From: Lytechinus pictus | Taxonomy: Eukaryota | Direction: 5' to 3' | NCBI RefSeq assembly: GCF_037042905.1 | Contig: NC_087252.1 | Coordinates: forward strand, 8,434,001-8,498,000 | DNA: 64,000 bases | Part shown: positions 1 through 12,791 of the stretch, piece by piece | Layout of the letters: the number at the start of each line of letters is the position of its first letter | Numbering within the stretch: the stretch's first letter is position 1 | The notes under the pieces: generated by a model | Databases searched by the model: none | Told to the model about the DNA's origin: nothing | The model's input: the letters and a program-made list of their open reading frames with translations, nothing else | Translations under genes and position numbers: made by a program

Positions 1-2348
1 ATGTATCACAATAACCTCCTTTCAGAAATTGAGGATGCTAAAGGTAGCAATGATAAACTCTTCTATAGGCTTGTCAAAAGCACTAAAGGATCTCGATCCA
101 CTGATACACTGTCCTATAGGGGTACAACGTATGAAGGAGAGGCAGTTTTAGATGGCTTCAACTCACATTTCTCAGATCTTGCTAAACCGGATTATATGAG
201 TGCCTCTTCTCTGCCTGAAATGGATGAATCTATTCCCACTCGCCCGTTCCAGGACAATTTGAATCAACCACTTCAACCCTCGACTTAAAAAGATCTAGAT
301 GAAGTTATTAACTCTCTCAAGAAACAAAAAGCTGCAGGACCTGATAATATATATCCTGAGCATCTTATATATCTTGGCCCAATAGCTCGGAAATTACTTC
401 TCGCCCTCTTCAATCGATGTATATCCCTAAAGTATATTCCTGAATCTTTGAAGTCCGGCCTTATAGTCCCAGTTCACAAAGGAAAGGGAAAAGATGTAAA
501 AGATCCTTCTAACTACCGAGGCATAACAGTTTCTTCAACAATTGGTAAAGTTTTGGAAATGCTCATCAAAACTCAACTTCAAATTCCACTCGCAATAAAT
601 GATGTCCTAGACCAGTTACAATTTGGATTCCAGAAAGGCAAATCTTGCCTCCTTACTGCATCTTCACTGGAATTAATAGTCCAACTGAACTCTGCCAAGA
701 AATGTACAACATATCTTGCTCTTCTCGACGCACAGAAAGCATTTGACATCGTTTGGCATAAAGGCCTATTTTCTAAGCTTCGAAACCTAGGCCTCCATGA
801 ATCCCTGTTATCTACACTGGAAGAGTTCTACAACGGAAGTACCAGTAGAGTCATGTGGGAAGGAAAAGTCAGCTCTCCTTTTCAAATCCTTCAAGGTGTA
901 AAACAGGGAAGTGTGCTCTCTCCCACCTTATATAACGTTTTCATCGATGGCCTGATCAAATCACTAAGAAACGCTTGTCTTGGATGCTCTATTAATGGTT
1001 GCTACATGGGAGTGATAGTACTAGCAGATGACGTTGCTCTAATCAGTACATGCCCCCGAGAACTCCAATCAATGCTGGACCTCACCTTCTCTTATTCCCG
1101 TGCTTGGAGATATAAAATTAATCCACAAAAAAGTGCCGTAGTAGTAATAAACAAAAAAGCATCAACCAGTGTAAGTTCGGTCGAGTGGAAAATGGGAGGA
1201 ATGACGATCAAGGAAAGCAGAGAGCACCCACACCTTGGCATAGTAAAAAGCAATTGTAATATTGATCATACCAATAACATCATTTCAAAGGGATATAACA
1301 CCTTCTTCTCTCTCACTGGAACCAAGCAAGGAACTCTACGCCTGCTACCACCAATATGTACTCATCTTTGGAAAATGTTCTGCATTCCAAGAATGCTATA
1401 TGGGATTCAGATTATTCAACTTACCAACTACATGCTGTCCCGTCTAAACAAGGCTCAAACATTTCTTTTCAAAAGAGTGCTTGGTTTGCCAAGGAGTGCG
1501 GCGGACGAAATTGTTTATTTATTGCTCGATATCCTCCCAATGGATAAGCAAATTGACTATGAAATTCTTCTCTTACTTGGGCAATATGCAAGCCTTTCAG
1601 ACGAGCGCACCGATAGAAGAATCCTGTTGAATGGTATAGCATACAATACACCTTTGGTAAGCTGGATAAAAATCCTCAATAGTTATGAGCTTCCAAGTCT
1701 CACTAACATCCTTAGAGACCGCATTCCATATAAAGTATGGAAGAAGCTAGCACTGGGAAAAAATTATAAACAACACTATGCTGCCCTTGAAATTGCAATT
1801 GCTAAAAAATCTTCTCTAAGTCTATGGTCGGGCATGACCCAACGTGATAAAAATAATTATTAACCAAAGCAAGTCTCCAGCCCTCTTCTGATGGAAGCTA
1901 TGTCCATCAGAGCTCAATTATCCTGCAGTACATACCCAACGAATAGAAGGTTATTCTCTCTGAATCAAAGTACCACAAAGTCCTGCAAGTTCTGCCACTC
2001 CGAACTGGAAAGTGTTGTACATTTTGTTGGAGAATGCCCAGTGTTTAGCACATACAGGAAAACACTTCTAAACTTAATAAAAGAAGACGAGGAACTGAAG
2101 TATTTTTCTGTGCATTTCAATGATCAAGAACCTCAACAATTCACCACTTCCGTCCTGTTTCTTCCTGACGTCGAATTAGCAGATTCCTCCAGAAACGACC
2201 TAAACCTACTTGTCTTAAATTTCTTGCATAAGATTCACCTCTCTCGGTCTACCTTACTCTCGACAAAATATGTAACGCTAATATTAATGCAGTATTAAAC
2301 TGCGGATCTCCGATACAGCGGAGGAAGGATACAGAAGAAGAAGAAGAT
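1..2348 (+). mobile_element. Non-LTR retrotransposon (LINE), 3' portion of ORF2: RT plus C-terminal zinc finger, two in-frame nonsense codons, (AGA)n tail; possibly RTE-X-like clade
   Basis: ORFs 1-288, 448-1863 and 1891-2298 are all in one frame and the gaps read through (KDLDEVINSLKKQKAAGPDNIYPEHL). RT motifs: NYRGIT, QFGFQKG, LDAQKAFD, GVKQGSVLSP, LADD, HLGI. C-terminal CKFC...HFVGEC. Small hairpin ctccg-atacag-cggag precedes the gaagaagaagaaga tail. Clade assignment is tentative. Confidence 0.9.
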
Positions 2349-3911
2349 ACCCTGTTTCAGCATGTGTCTTTCAGTCAACATGCTTCATATTTGGAGCAGC
2401 AAACTTGAAAAGCAGACGATCTTTATGATATAAAATATGATATTATTCGATCCGTTAACTACCGCTCACACATAAGGACCTCAATAACATTGAGCGATAC
2501 ACGATCTATAAATGTTGTGTACCACGTATATCTGGAATATTATGGAGAAACTTGGGGAAATTAAATTTTAAATGGCAAACAATCAATCACAATATTGCCT
2601 CTATATTACAATATGAAGACATTTCCCCAAATAAAACACATGGACCTAAGATTACCAAAGGTAAAAAAGCACTGCACATCGATTTTCCATGATTTAAGTG
2701 ATTTGTTGTCTATTGCGCATATAATTTGTGAAATATAAATGTCCAGTCACGAACTGCTTCCGTCCCTTCTCACGGTGACGATCTTGGGACCAAAGAAGAC
2801 TAGTATGAAGAGAATGTTATTCAGAGGACACTTACAGTCACCTGTTAGTGAATTCATTAAGTAAGCGATGAATGTCCATCTCTTCATAGGTCCATGATGA
2901 AACCCACGGGTGTTTTGTATTCAATGTGGCGTGCCGATGTTAACCCTTCGGATCATAATGGATTATGCCGGAGCGAAATATCATTTACGCTTTTTTTTCT
3001 CTAAAAGCATTGTTTTTCATCATCTCTTTTGAAAATTTCAAATTATTCCAACTTCTTCCAAAATTGATAAATTTCAGCATTTTCCGACAATTTGTGCTGT
3101 ATTAAAGCTCACTCATTGTGAAAAATATATGATTGTAAACATATTTTGTATTACAATTTATCCGTGGTCATGTGTCATGTGTGTGTTTATGAGATAATTA
3201 GCTTTTAATATTACTCAAATTATGGTGATTTTTGTTCGCTGATGCCAATTATACGTTCTAATGCATTAAAGAACTGCACCAGCCAAATAAAAATCCGAAT
3301 CTCTCTTGTTGCTAAGAGAAACTGTCGGTAAATGAAAATGCCTGTATTGTTGAAACACCTGAAAAGACATTCACATGTTTAAAGACAATATCCTGTCGTC
3401 GGCTCGTCAGATGGGGTTAAAGCAGGCTGGTACTAAAGCGAAAAGATAATTCCTATCCTTCCTAACACATCCTTGGTCTGAATATTACGTCAAAATGTAT
3501 ACATCACAATTATATATTTTTTAATTGAACAGTCAACATTTTGCTCGCAGCTTAAAAAAAATGCGTGGTACGCCATGTCTGGCCCAAACTTTTGCCTCAT
3601 TGCGCCACTGGGGTAGATAGTATAATATTTTTTTTAAATTGTTCTTCATTTTTTAAGTGCGCTTTTTGCCTTTTTCCCCTGTGTCCCTCTCCCACTTTAA
3701 GATTCGCCCCGCCGCTCCTTATTTTTCCTCTGTCTTCACATTTCTATATTTTTGGTAAAATATATAGCGTGAAAAATGACTTGCGGACAGAACGTCGCTG
3801 GTGTTTCATACTTCATTGATCAGTGAAATGACAATACAAATCTTGTAGCTTCTTTCTTGTGCCAAGCTTTGATCGAAAGCTTAGTGCAATTAAAGTGATA
3901 TTAAGAAGCTA

Positions 3912-4171
3912 CATAGGCGACGGAAGCGGGGATGGGGGGGGGGGGGGTGGGGGAGCGAGGGTCCTGTCCCCCTAAATTTGAGTTTGTTTGTTTGTTTGTT
4001 TTTTTGCTTGTCAATTTCGTTTCTGGTGGACCGCCCTAAAATTGTTTAAAATCGTTATGGTCCCCCCTAAAATTTTGTTCACCTTTTTTTTGCTTGTCAA
4101 ATTTTTTCCTGTGTCCAACCATAAATTCCAGGTAGACCCCCCCTAATTTTTTTTGGCTTCCGCCGCCAATG
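3912..4171. mobile_element. hAT-type MITE
   Basis: TIRs cataggcgacggaagc / gcttccgccgccaatg with a perfect 8-bp TSD agaagcta (3904-3911, 4172-4179). Same family at 62549-62695. Confidence 0.85.
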
Positions 4172-4382
4172 AGAAGCTATACGAGCAATTTTGAGTCATT
4201 CCTTCACTTCTAAATAATATATATATATATGTGTGAAGTTGTACATGTACTACAGCTTTGGCAACTCTTTTATTTAAATATTGTGTGAAAGAAATGGATG
4301 AAGAGAACAATGGTAGGCGTAGCTTAAATCAAGGTTCCCCAGAGCTATCTACCCTTTGGAAAAATTGGTGATGCCGAAAAAA

Positions 4383-4454
4383 TGTCTCTGCCGGGAATCG
4401 AACCCGGGCCCCCAGCTTTGAACGCCGGTGCCTTAACCACTAGACCACAGAGAC
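4383..4454 (-). tRNA. tRNA-like gene, tRNA-Glu-like body, anticodon loop GT-TCA-AA (UCA), repeat-borne
   Basis: Exact reverse complement of 4947-5018, followed on its strand by TTTTTT. Confidence 0.6.
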
Positions 4455-4946
4455 GGGTTAGTGGCTAGGGCGACCCCGATACGATTGACCGTCAGATAGA
4501 CAGATTTTCGACACCATACCAATTATATTTTCCTTTGTCGGGTGAAGGTGGGTTATGAACAATGACAAGCCGCCATGCCTCAGCTGGATCAAAGCTATTG
4601 CTCTGATACAGTACACGTATGGGAGAAAGTATACAAATGTGTGAAGTTGTACATGTACTACAGCTTTGGCAACTCTTTTATTTAAATATTGTGTGAAAGA
4701 AATGGATGAAGAGAACAATGGTAGGCGTAGCTTAAATCAAGGTTCCCCAGAGCTATCTACCCTTTGGAAAAATTGGTGATGCCGAAAAAATGTCTCTGCC
4801 GGGAATCGAACCCGGGCCCCCAGCTTTGAACGCCGGTGCCTTAACCACTAGACCACAGAGGGCGACCCCGATACGATATTGGTATGGTGTCGAAAATCTG
4901 TCTATCTGACGGTCAATCGTATCGGGGTCGCCCTAGCCACTAACCC

Positions 4947-5018
4947 GTCTCTGTGGTCTAGTGGTTAAGGCACCGGCGTTCAAAGCTGGGGGCCCGGGTT
5001 CGATTCCCGGCAGAGACA
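4947..5018 (+). tRNA. tRNA-like gene (72 nt), UCA anticodon, with A box, B box and T6 terminator; functional status unknown
   Basis: Acceptor GTCTCTG/CAGAGAC plus discriminator A; D arm TGGTCTAGTGGTTAAGGC; anticodon stem CCGGC/GCTGG with 7-nt loop GTTCAAA; T arm CCGGG-TTCGATT-CCCGG; TTTTTT at 5019-5024. G32 is atypical. Confidence 0.6.
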
Positions 5019-5115
5019 TTTTTTCGGCATCACCAATTTTTCCAAAGGGTAGATAGCTCTGGGGAACCTTGATTTAAGCTACGCCTACCATTGTTCTCTT
5101 CATCCATTTCTTTCA

Positions 5116-5159
<44 letters not shown>

Positions 5160-6519
5160 CCTACATGTGTGTTATAAAATGCCAGCCAGGTGCGGATCCA
5201 GGAATTTCCTGGGGGGCACTTTAGTCCAGAAAAAAATTGACAGGCAAAAATTAAAAAAAGGGTTAGCACTTGCACATATACGGTACTTTCGATTTTTTTG
5301 GCTCTCAAAAGGGGGGAGGCATGAGCCGGGTGTGCCCACCCCCCCCCCCCGGATCCGTGCCAAAGCACCCCCACCCTCGAGCTTAAGGTCAGTTTGGTGG
5401 CGCGCCCATACACGCTCTTTTATTATTTCATCTCCCCCTCTTTTCCCCCTTCATTCCCCCCTTATTCCCTCTTCCTTCTTTCCTTTTCTCATACAGGCTA
5501 CGTTTCGGCCATTTTTTGCGATCTCTTCTTCCTACGTTTTTTTTTCTCCCTCTTATTTTCATATATTTTCTCCTTTCTTTACTACCCGGGTCCCGTGCCC
5601 CAACCACCCTCAAAAAAAAAAAAAAATATATATATATATATGCGCATAGTGTGTGTCTCATTGAGGTGTCACTGAGAGTTCCCTGTGTTTTTGGCAGCCT
5701 CATTGTTGGACTTAGTTTTCTTGTATTGATACATTCATTTTGATTTCTACTTGGTTACTTTGGGGGTTCGAATAGTATGCATCAGTGTTTACCCCCCCCC
5801 CATCACCATAGTCTCAAATCTCATCCTATTTCTTGCTTGGTTATGAAGACAAAGAGAAACCAGCCATATTGGTGGATATAAGTTCACACCCCGAATAGCC
5901 CAGGCGCACAAAGGGAGCACGCAATGTTAATTTTGGGCGTCATGGCTGCACAAAGCAGCCGTCCCCGGATGTTTAATTACATGTAATTGGAAGAGTGCTA
6001 AAAAATGCATACGACTCTTTAAATAACTTGAGATTCTCGAATCGGCAACTGTATCTGTTCTGTGGGTGTGTTTGACTTGGATGAGACAATTGGTTGAAAA
6101 GGACGACTGGAATATCACATTCTTGCTGTAGGGGTGATAATGGTGCATGAACAGCGTATCGGAACAAATCGCCTGGTCGGAACAAATCGACTATGACGAT
6201 CGCATCACACAACAAAACCCGGTACCAATCGACGGATAATAGAGCCGTCGATTAGTACCTCCGGCCCCGATCGACTGGCCGGTCCAAATTTCGTATGAAA
6301 CCGGCCCCGATCGACTGGCCGGTCCAAATTTTCTATGACACCGGATATTAGTAACATTTGATATCCACGTAAACGAAGTGATCAATCACCTTTATCAAAT
6401 TTTATTATTTTATTTTTACTCGAAGACCGGGTCACCTTAATGTTATTCATTCTAGTCAAGTAGAACAACAACATGACCGTCAAGTTGGGTACATTATGCA
6501 ATTTATTTTAAAGACAGTT

Positions 6520-7420
6520 GTAGTATAGGGTGTCTACTTCAATAATCCGAAGGGTGTGACTTGGGCACAATTTGACATTGTTTTTAAATTGACGTCATAA
6601 GCCACGTCCAATTTTTTACATATACCTCTTAAAATTGATTTTCATATTTTACGAAACAAACATGTCATGTTTAGTATCATATTAAAGCTAATGTAAGAAT
6701 TAAATACAAATATATGGACCACTGGGCATTTAAATCACGCGTATGTCAGTTAAAGATCATAAAAAGTCAAAATGCATTGCAAATGTAAGTAATACATATA
6801 AGGCGAAAAATATCATGTTTTAGATAAAAAATAAGTTAGGTATCTTATGTATTTTTTTGCTGAAACTTCAGTTGAGGGTGCGCATATTAATAATCCGATT
6901 GGTGCGACCTTGGAATCTTGAGTAATGTTATTTATGTGACGTCATAAACCACTAACCTTCTTACATTCCTCTTAATGGTTAATTTTCTATTCAGCGGAAT
7001 AAAAATATCATTTTTTATATCAAATTATAGCAAATGCAAAATCAAATCCATATACATGTATAGGAATCACAAGGCATTTATATTGCGTCCAGACCAATTA
7101 AAGGTCATTTAAGGTAATGAAAGTTCAAGTTAGGTCACAAATGTAAGCAATGCAATGTTTGAAATATCATGTTTGGAATACAAACAAGTTGAGTATTAAA
7201 TGTATTCTTAGCTGATAGTTATGATGAGGATGTGTATATTCATAATCTGACAGGGGCTACTTTGGTACCCTTGGGGCAACGTCATTTTTTGACGTCATAA
7301 ACCACACCATCCTTTTCACATATGTCAACCTCTTAATTATGATTTTCAGTATCTCGTTTCTAATGTAAGGAATATACATATCATGTTTGTATCAAATTAA
7401 AGCTTGACATTTTGTATAAA
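6520..7420. repeat. Three degenerate ~350-bp tandem units
   Basis: Recurring aataatccga...TGACGTCAtaa.ccac at ~6541/6590, ~6889/6937 and ~7243/7290. Confidence 0.6.
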
Positions 7421-7627
7421 TGTAAATTGAATTTACATTAATACATAAACAAAACACATTTCAAGGTCATCTTTAGGTCATTTTAGCTCATTGAAGGTCC
7501 AATGAAGGTGGGAGTTTATCAGTACTTAAAAAGTGTAATATTTTTTGTATATAAAACAAATTATGGAGGGGGGGATTCCTTTGTTTTTATTGAGTATAGA
7601 TTGGAGAAAAAATGAAGCTAGTCTCAC

Positions 7628-7846
7628 CACTTTCGAATTTCGTTTCAGAAAAACACAAAGGAGTGCATGAAATGGATCTTAGAACTGACGGACCCTTTTC
7701 TGAGTTAATGCTCTTCTTTAATGGCTGCATCTGAAATCCTGCCTCCACCAATCGCTGTTCTTTGGATTTTGCTTTGTACCTCTCCATTTCTTGTTTCAGT
7801 TCTTCCAAAATTTGTTCCAGTTTTATCTGGTTTTTCTCGTACTTTC
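7628..7846 (-). CDS. Ig-superfamily receptor gene, exon 6: cytoplasmic charged/coiled-coil segment
   Basis: Acceptor tcattttataccAG, donor GTGAGA, 219 nt, phase 1-1. Reads GKYEKNQIKLEQILEELKQEMERYKAKSKEQ...KFES and joins the TM exon in frame. Confidence 0.7.
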
Positions 7847-8681
7847 CTGGTATAAAATGATAAGAGTACAATGAGAAATAATTTGAACTACAATACATAC
7901 AACACCGTCGAGGTAAAATAGGAAATAAATTACACCCAATGGCTCAGAGATAGATCCCCTAGCTTATTGAAAAAAGTGATAGGTGTTAATACCTGCAGTG
8001 ACAAATAAGACTTTCCTGACAGATGGTAGACGTTGATGCAGGGTCAGCCGAATTTTTGGCAAATTAGTGCCATGGCTACAATTAAGGAATTACAATTATT
8101 ATTTTCACTAATATCAATATTTTTTATCATGGTATCCCTCGTAAGCTACAGGAGGATATTTCGGTCGTCACGGTTATAAGTCCGGAGGGTTGTGGAGGGG
8201 GTGGGGGAGGGCACTCAGGCCTATATGCATGTATGCGACCTCTATGGCCCATATTTCTCGTTCCAGCTGCTCTCAAATATATTCTTGTCTTCTTTTTCAT
8301 AAGTCTACTTGGCGATATATCTCGCGATCTCAACAAGGCGACCGGGGGGGGGGGGGGGGGGGTCATCCTTCACATGGCCTCCTACGCACCCGCGTCCAGA
8401 AAAAGCGTCGAAAAGGGTCCCATTTCAGGCACTCGGGCGGCGTCGACGTCTTTGGCAAAAGGGTTGCATTTTAGCACCATTCGCTGGTAAATCGCCTGTA
8501 AGGGTAGCATTTTCTGTCTTTCTTCACGCCATTTTGGGTTGCTAATTTGGTTGTGAAAATTACGCCGGCGCGGCCAGCGCAGCACTTGATTTACCCCCGT
8601 ACAGTCCTCCTGGCTCTATACTACTAGGCATGCACGCGTTACCCACAGGTATAACATCGATTTTGATGTTTGCGCCACTTA

Positions 8682-9106
8682 TACCCTATTTACACTCACA
8701 CGCTTTTGAATCGGCTCGCGGTTCTGAACCACGAGCCGATGCAGCATTGGCTTTTTCATAGCGTGTAAACGCGAGTAACTTTCATCGGCTCGCGGATCAG
8801 AACCGGCAAATTGCACCACCAAAGTAGCAGGTTGTGAACCGCGAGCCGATGCAGAACCGGCTTTTTTACTACGTGTAAACAGAAAGCCGATTCTGCATCG
8901 GCAATTAGTGCGCATTTCATTTACTTTACCATTGTGACGTAATTGTAAGCGCACTGATCCAGCGTTGTCTTTATTATGACGTATATCGTTGGTGTGCGTA
9001 TCATTTCATGTTTTTGCATCGGCTCGCGGTTCTGAACCGCGAGCTGTAACAACGTGTAAACGCAAACCAAAACCGAACCAAAAGCCGATCAAGTGTAAAC
9101 ACGGTA
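8682..9106. mobile_element. PIF/Harbinger-like MITE with internal palindromic repeats
   Basis: Termini ccctatttacact / agtgtaaacacgg; repeated gcatcggctcgcggttctgaaccgcgagc motif. Confidence 0.55.
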
Positions 9107-9159
9107 TACCGGTATGTAAAAAAAACGCGTGTGCCCGCGTCTTGCTAGATTCATATCGG

Positions 9160-9305
9160 GGGAGCGTTTCATCAACATTTATGTCCGACAAGTTGTCAGA
9201 TCTGACAACTTTCCCCGATTCTGATTGGCTGAGAGGTACTGTTGCTATGGTAATTGTCGGATAAAACAGGACTTGTCGGATAAAATCCTTTCATGAAACG
9301 CTCCC
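9160..9305. mobile_element. Short MITE (Harbinger-like)
   Basis: TIRs gggagcgtttcat / atgaaacgctccc flanked by cgg on both sides. Confidence 0.65.
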
Positions 9306-9755
9306 CGGGCCAGCGCAAGCTAGCTGCGGGCGCGGGGAGCTTCGGCGGGGCAGCATAATGGCTCCGCACCGATCGAGCTCACAGGTCTGCCCGGCGGCTG
9401 CGCCGGCTGAGCATGCTGAGTAGATAACGACGGGCGCCCTCTGGAGCGAGAAATCACAAATTTGAGGGTCTCTGAAACGGGAAAAAATAAGAATGTCCAT
9501 GGCTTTCTGAATTAGTGATGCTGTAGAAAATTAGGCTGAAAATGTGGGTCTCAACCGCGGCACGTACGTATCATACATTTATACTGAGTATCCCCCCGGG
9601 CACTCAAAAAGGGGAAAGGGTTGATGCAAGGATACTGAATACCCTCCCATTTTGTAAAACGAGAGCGGAAACAAGAATTTTGTTTATCAACTGTAATCTG
9701 CTTTTTTAAACCAGCTTTACATCGTCAGGATAAACTTCTCTTAGAGCATGCTTAC

Positions 9756-9881
9756 CACGTGATAACCTGTAGCACATCCTGCACATTAGTAACACCAGTA
9801 CTATAGTGATCATAATGAAGAGTACGAGGAGAACGTATGAAGCAACTGCGGCACTACTCAGAATTACCGACCCATCAGGCG
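9756..9881 (-). CDS. Ig-superfamily receptor gene, exon 5: transmembrane helix
   Basis: Acceptor cccctttcatgtttAG, donor GTAAGC, 126 nt, phase 1-1. Reads (A)PDGSVILSSAAVASYVLLVLFIMITIVLVLLMCRMCYRLSR: a hydrophobic helix followed by Cys/Arg stop-transfer residues. Too short for the ORF track. Confidence 0.85.
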
Positions 9882-11586
9882 CTAAACATGAAAGGGGAAA
9901 ACATGGATTAGTTAAACCCGGGGGCCGTTTAAAAAAAGCTGTGCGTAAATTAAGAGTGACTTTGCTCAGAAGTGTGGTTTAACATTTTAGATTATGTGCT
10001 CATTGCTTTAAAGTCAGTATCCAAGTCCTCTCCTGCTTAATGGCACCAACTTTTAAAATCGGAGAAATCTTTGATTTCTTCATTTGAACTCTATTATACT
10101 ATATAAACCCCTCAAAAGGGTTTGGAAATCTGAGTTTGGCCATTAATTTCTCCCAACTCCCAAGTTAACACAATTCATATTTGACATCATTTAAAATATC
10201 ATTTAATTCTCTTTAGAATGGTACCATGCTTGTTATGACCATGCCATTACAAAAGAGCAGGATTCAAAAGTGTTGGATTAAGTCTGAATTGAAAAGCTGC
10301 AAAACGAGCAGAAATAGTCATGAAGGGTCAATACAGAACATGATTTTTTTGTCTGTGTCAATATATACAGTGCGTCCAAAAAAAAACTATATACTTTTGA
10401 AATAGCTGCCAAATAAAAAATGTAGCTCTTTGGGGGAAAAGATGGAAAGCCGATAAAGTCAACTTTCAAATGACACCAACAAGTTGGAAAACTATTTATG
10501 CTTAAGCGAGCACTGCCCACTGAAACAAAGGGTATGAAAATTAGGGTGGGCTGGAATTAGCCTTCCAATTTATGTCAGTTTTTGAGAGGCGAATCCTTTC
10601 GAATATGCAAAGTTAAGGGCGTTGTGATAAATTAATGATCGACCCTGACCAGTTTTGGTTGGTTAAGCAAATTTTATGAATTATTAAATTGAACTTTAAT
10701 GCATGAGTGAACAAAAATTACACTTTTTTGGCAGCATTTCAACTTTATCATTTGGATCTCTTTTGGGGCAGCATTTCAACTTTATCATGTGGATCTCAGC
10801 AATGTGTTCATGGGAGTCGGGAGAATACGGGGTGAGATAGGATTTAAGTGGGAGAAGTAGGTTAATGGAATTAGGGTAAACAGAACATTCCGCCCCCGCC
10901 CCCGCCCCCTCCCTTTTTCCCGCCCCGCCCACCCCTCCTGTTTAGAGACTGATGGCTATTGTCATGTACGCAAAGTCGAGAGCAGAATGTTGATTTAATG
11001 ATTAATTCTGAATTGGGGCATCAACTTTTCCCTATCATTTAATCAACAATTTATCAATAAATCAACTCATTCAATGTGCAATGTGTTCAATCAAACATTC
11101 AGTTTTTTCAATAAATTATTTCCTTAATCATCATAATCATAAAATTTCTTGGTAATCATTCAATAAAAAAACTGACCATCAGCCACCGGTCACTTGGCAA
11201 TTAAGTTTTGAATAGGCTTTTTTCAATCCAGGAAGTGAGACAGAGAGAGGGGGGGGGGGGGGCGCTGGGAAATGGAGGTGGAGAGGAGAGGGTACATATG
11301 ACTTTTAATTTGTAAAAAGACAAAAAGAAGAGGATTGCCCTTTTAACCAAGTCTTAGCATATCTCGCCCTCTTGCTTGTAAAATGTACCATTACATTACT
11401 CTGACTCTCACGAAGACACAAAATTTTCTGAGGTCCACAAGATGAAAATGCTACACTTAAATTACAAGTGCTGTTCACTCATGCATTACATTTCAATTTA
11501 GTAACTCCTGAAATTTGCCTAGAAAAACCAAATGTGATCTCACTCATTAATTTAGCTTAGCAAGTTCCAAAGGACTAACTACTCAA

Positions 11587-12760
11587 AACAAGTGGAATGC
11601 CTCTGGCCGTCTCACCTGCATCACGCGATTCAATATAGCAGCAGTGCTGATTTTGAAAACTACTGGAGCGTTGTGGCCCGGTGGATTAGTCTTCGGACTT
11701 TGAAACAGAGGGTCGTGGGTTCGAATCCCAGCCATGGCGTAATTTCCTTCGGCAAGAAACTGATCCACAATGTGCTGCACTCAACCCAGGTGAGGTAAAT
11801 GGGTACCGGTAGGAAGTAATTCCTTAAAAAGCTGTGTGCGCTATGAACGCCTAGCTTAGCCGGGTAATATAGGAGCGCCTTGAGCACCTAACAAGGTGGA
11901 TATGTGCGCAATATAAATACCCTATATTATTATTATTATAACTCGCACAAGATGTTCAGTGATACTTGGTTACTCTTATTTCCACGTTTTATGAACTAGA
12001 CCAATACACTTATAGAGATATGATGGCAATTCAACAAATACTGTACCCCCAACGTGGCCAAAGTTCTTTGACCTTACATGACCTTTGACCTTGATCATGT
12101 GACCTGAAACTCGCACAGGATGTTCAGTGATACTTGATTACTATTATGTCCAAGTTTTATGAACTAGACTAACACACTTTCAAATTTATGGCTGTAATTC
12201 AACAAATACCCCAATTTGGCCAAAGTTCATTGACCCTAAATGACCTTTGACCTTGATCATGTGACCTGAAACTTGCACAGGATGTTCAGTAATACTTGAT
12301 TACTATTATGTCCAAGTTTCATGAATCAGATCCATAAACTTTCAAAGTTATGATGGTAATTCAACAGATACCCCCAATTCGGCCAAAGTTCATTGACCCT
12401 AAATGACCTTTGACCTTGGTCATGTGACGTGAAACTCATGCAGGATGTTTAGTGATACTTGATTAACTTTATGTATAAGTTTCATGAACTAGGTCCATAT
12501 ATTTTCTAAGTTATGATGACATTTCAAAAACTTAACCTTAGGTTAAGATTTTGATGTTGATTCCCCCAACATGGTCTAAGTTCATTGACCCTAAATGACC
12601 TTTGACCTTGGTCATGTGACATGAAACTCAGGCAGGATGTTCAGTAATACTTGATTAACCTTATGGCCAAGTTTCATGAACTAGGTCCATATACTTTCTA
12701 AGTTATGCTGTCATTTCAAAAACTTAACCTCAGGTTAAGATTTGGTGTTGACGCCGCCGC

Positions 12761-12791
<31 letters not shown>

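Larger units (their letters stand above)
4231..5118. mobile_element. tRNA-containing repeat inserted in (TA)n: one 408-bp unit, a partial second unit and an inverted segment
   Basis: Unit start gtgtgaagttgtacatg at 4231 and 4639. About 4878-5118 is the reverse complement of about 4284-4523. (TA)n on both sides. Confidence 0.85.

Noticed and set aside
2840..3000. Minus-strand stretch reading ...HPWVSSWTYEEMDIHRLLNEFTNR as a possible coding exon
   Set aside because: In-frame stops upstream and no compatible acceptor; at most a short terminal exon (EKKKRK*) plus UTR, which is unsupported.
4890..4925. Hammerhead-like words (cgaaa...gtc...ctgacgg) in the tRNA-bearing repeat
   Set aside because: The core is not CTGANGA and the flanking stems cannot form.
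4947..5018. Selenocysteine tRNA
   Set aside because: Despite the UCA anticodon it has a 7-bp acceptor stem and a 4-nt variable loop, unlike tRNA-Sec.
7993..8075. Candidate 83-nt exon with AG/GT ends
   Set aside because: Its open reading needs a phase-2 start, whereas the TM exon ends in phase 1 and splices directly to 7846.
12079..12700. CRISPR-like periodic repeats
   Set aside because: Whole units are homologous with no unique spacers, the context is eukaryotic, and no cas genes are present.
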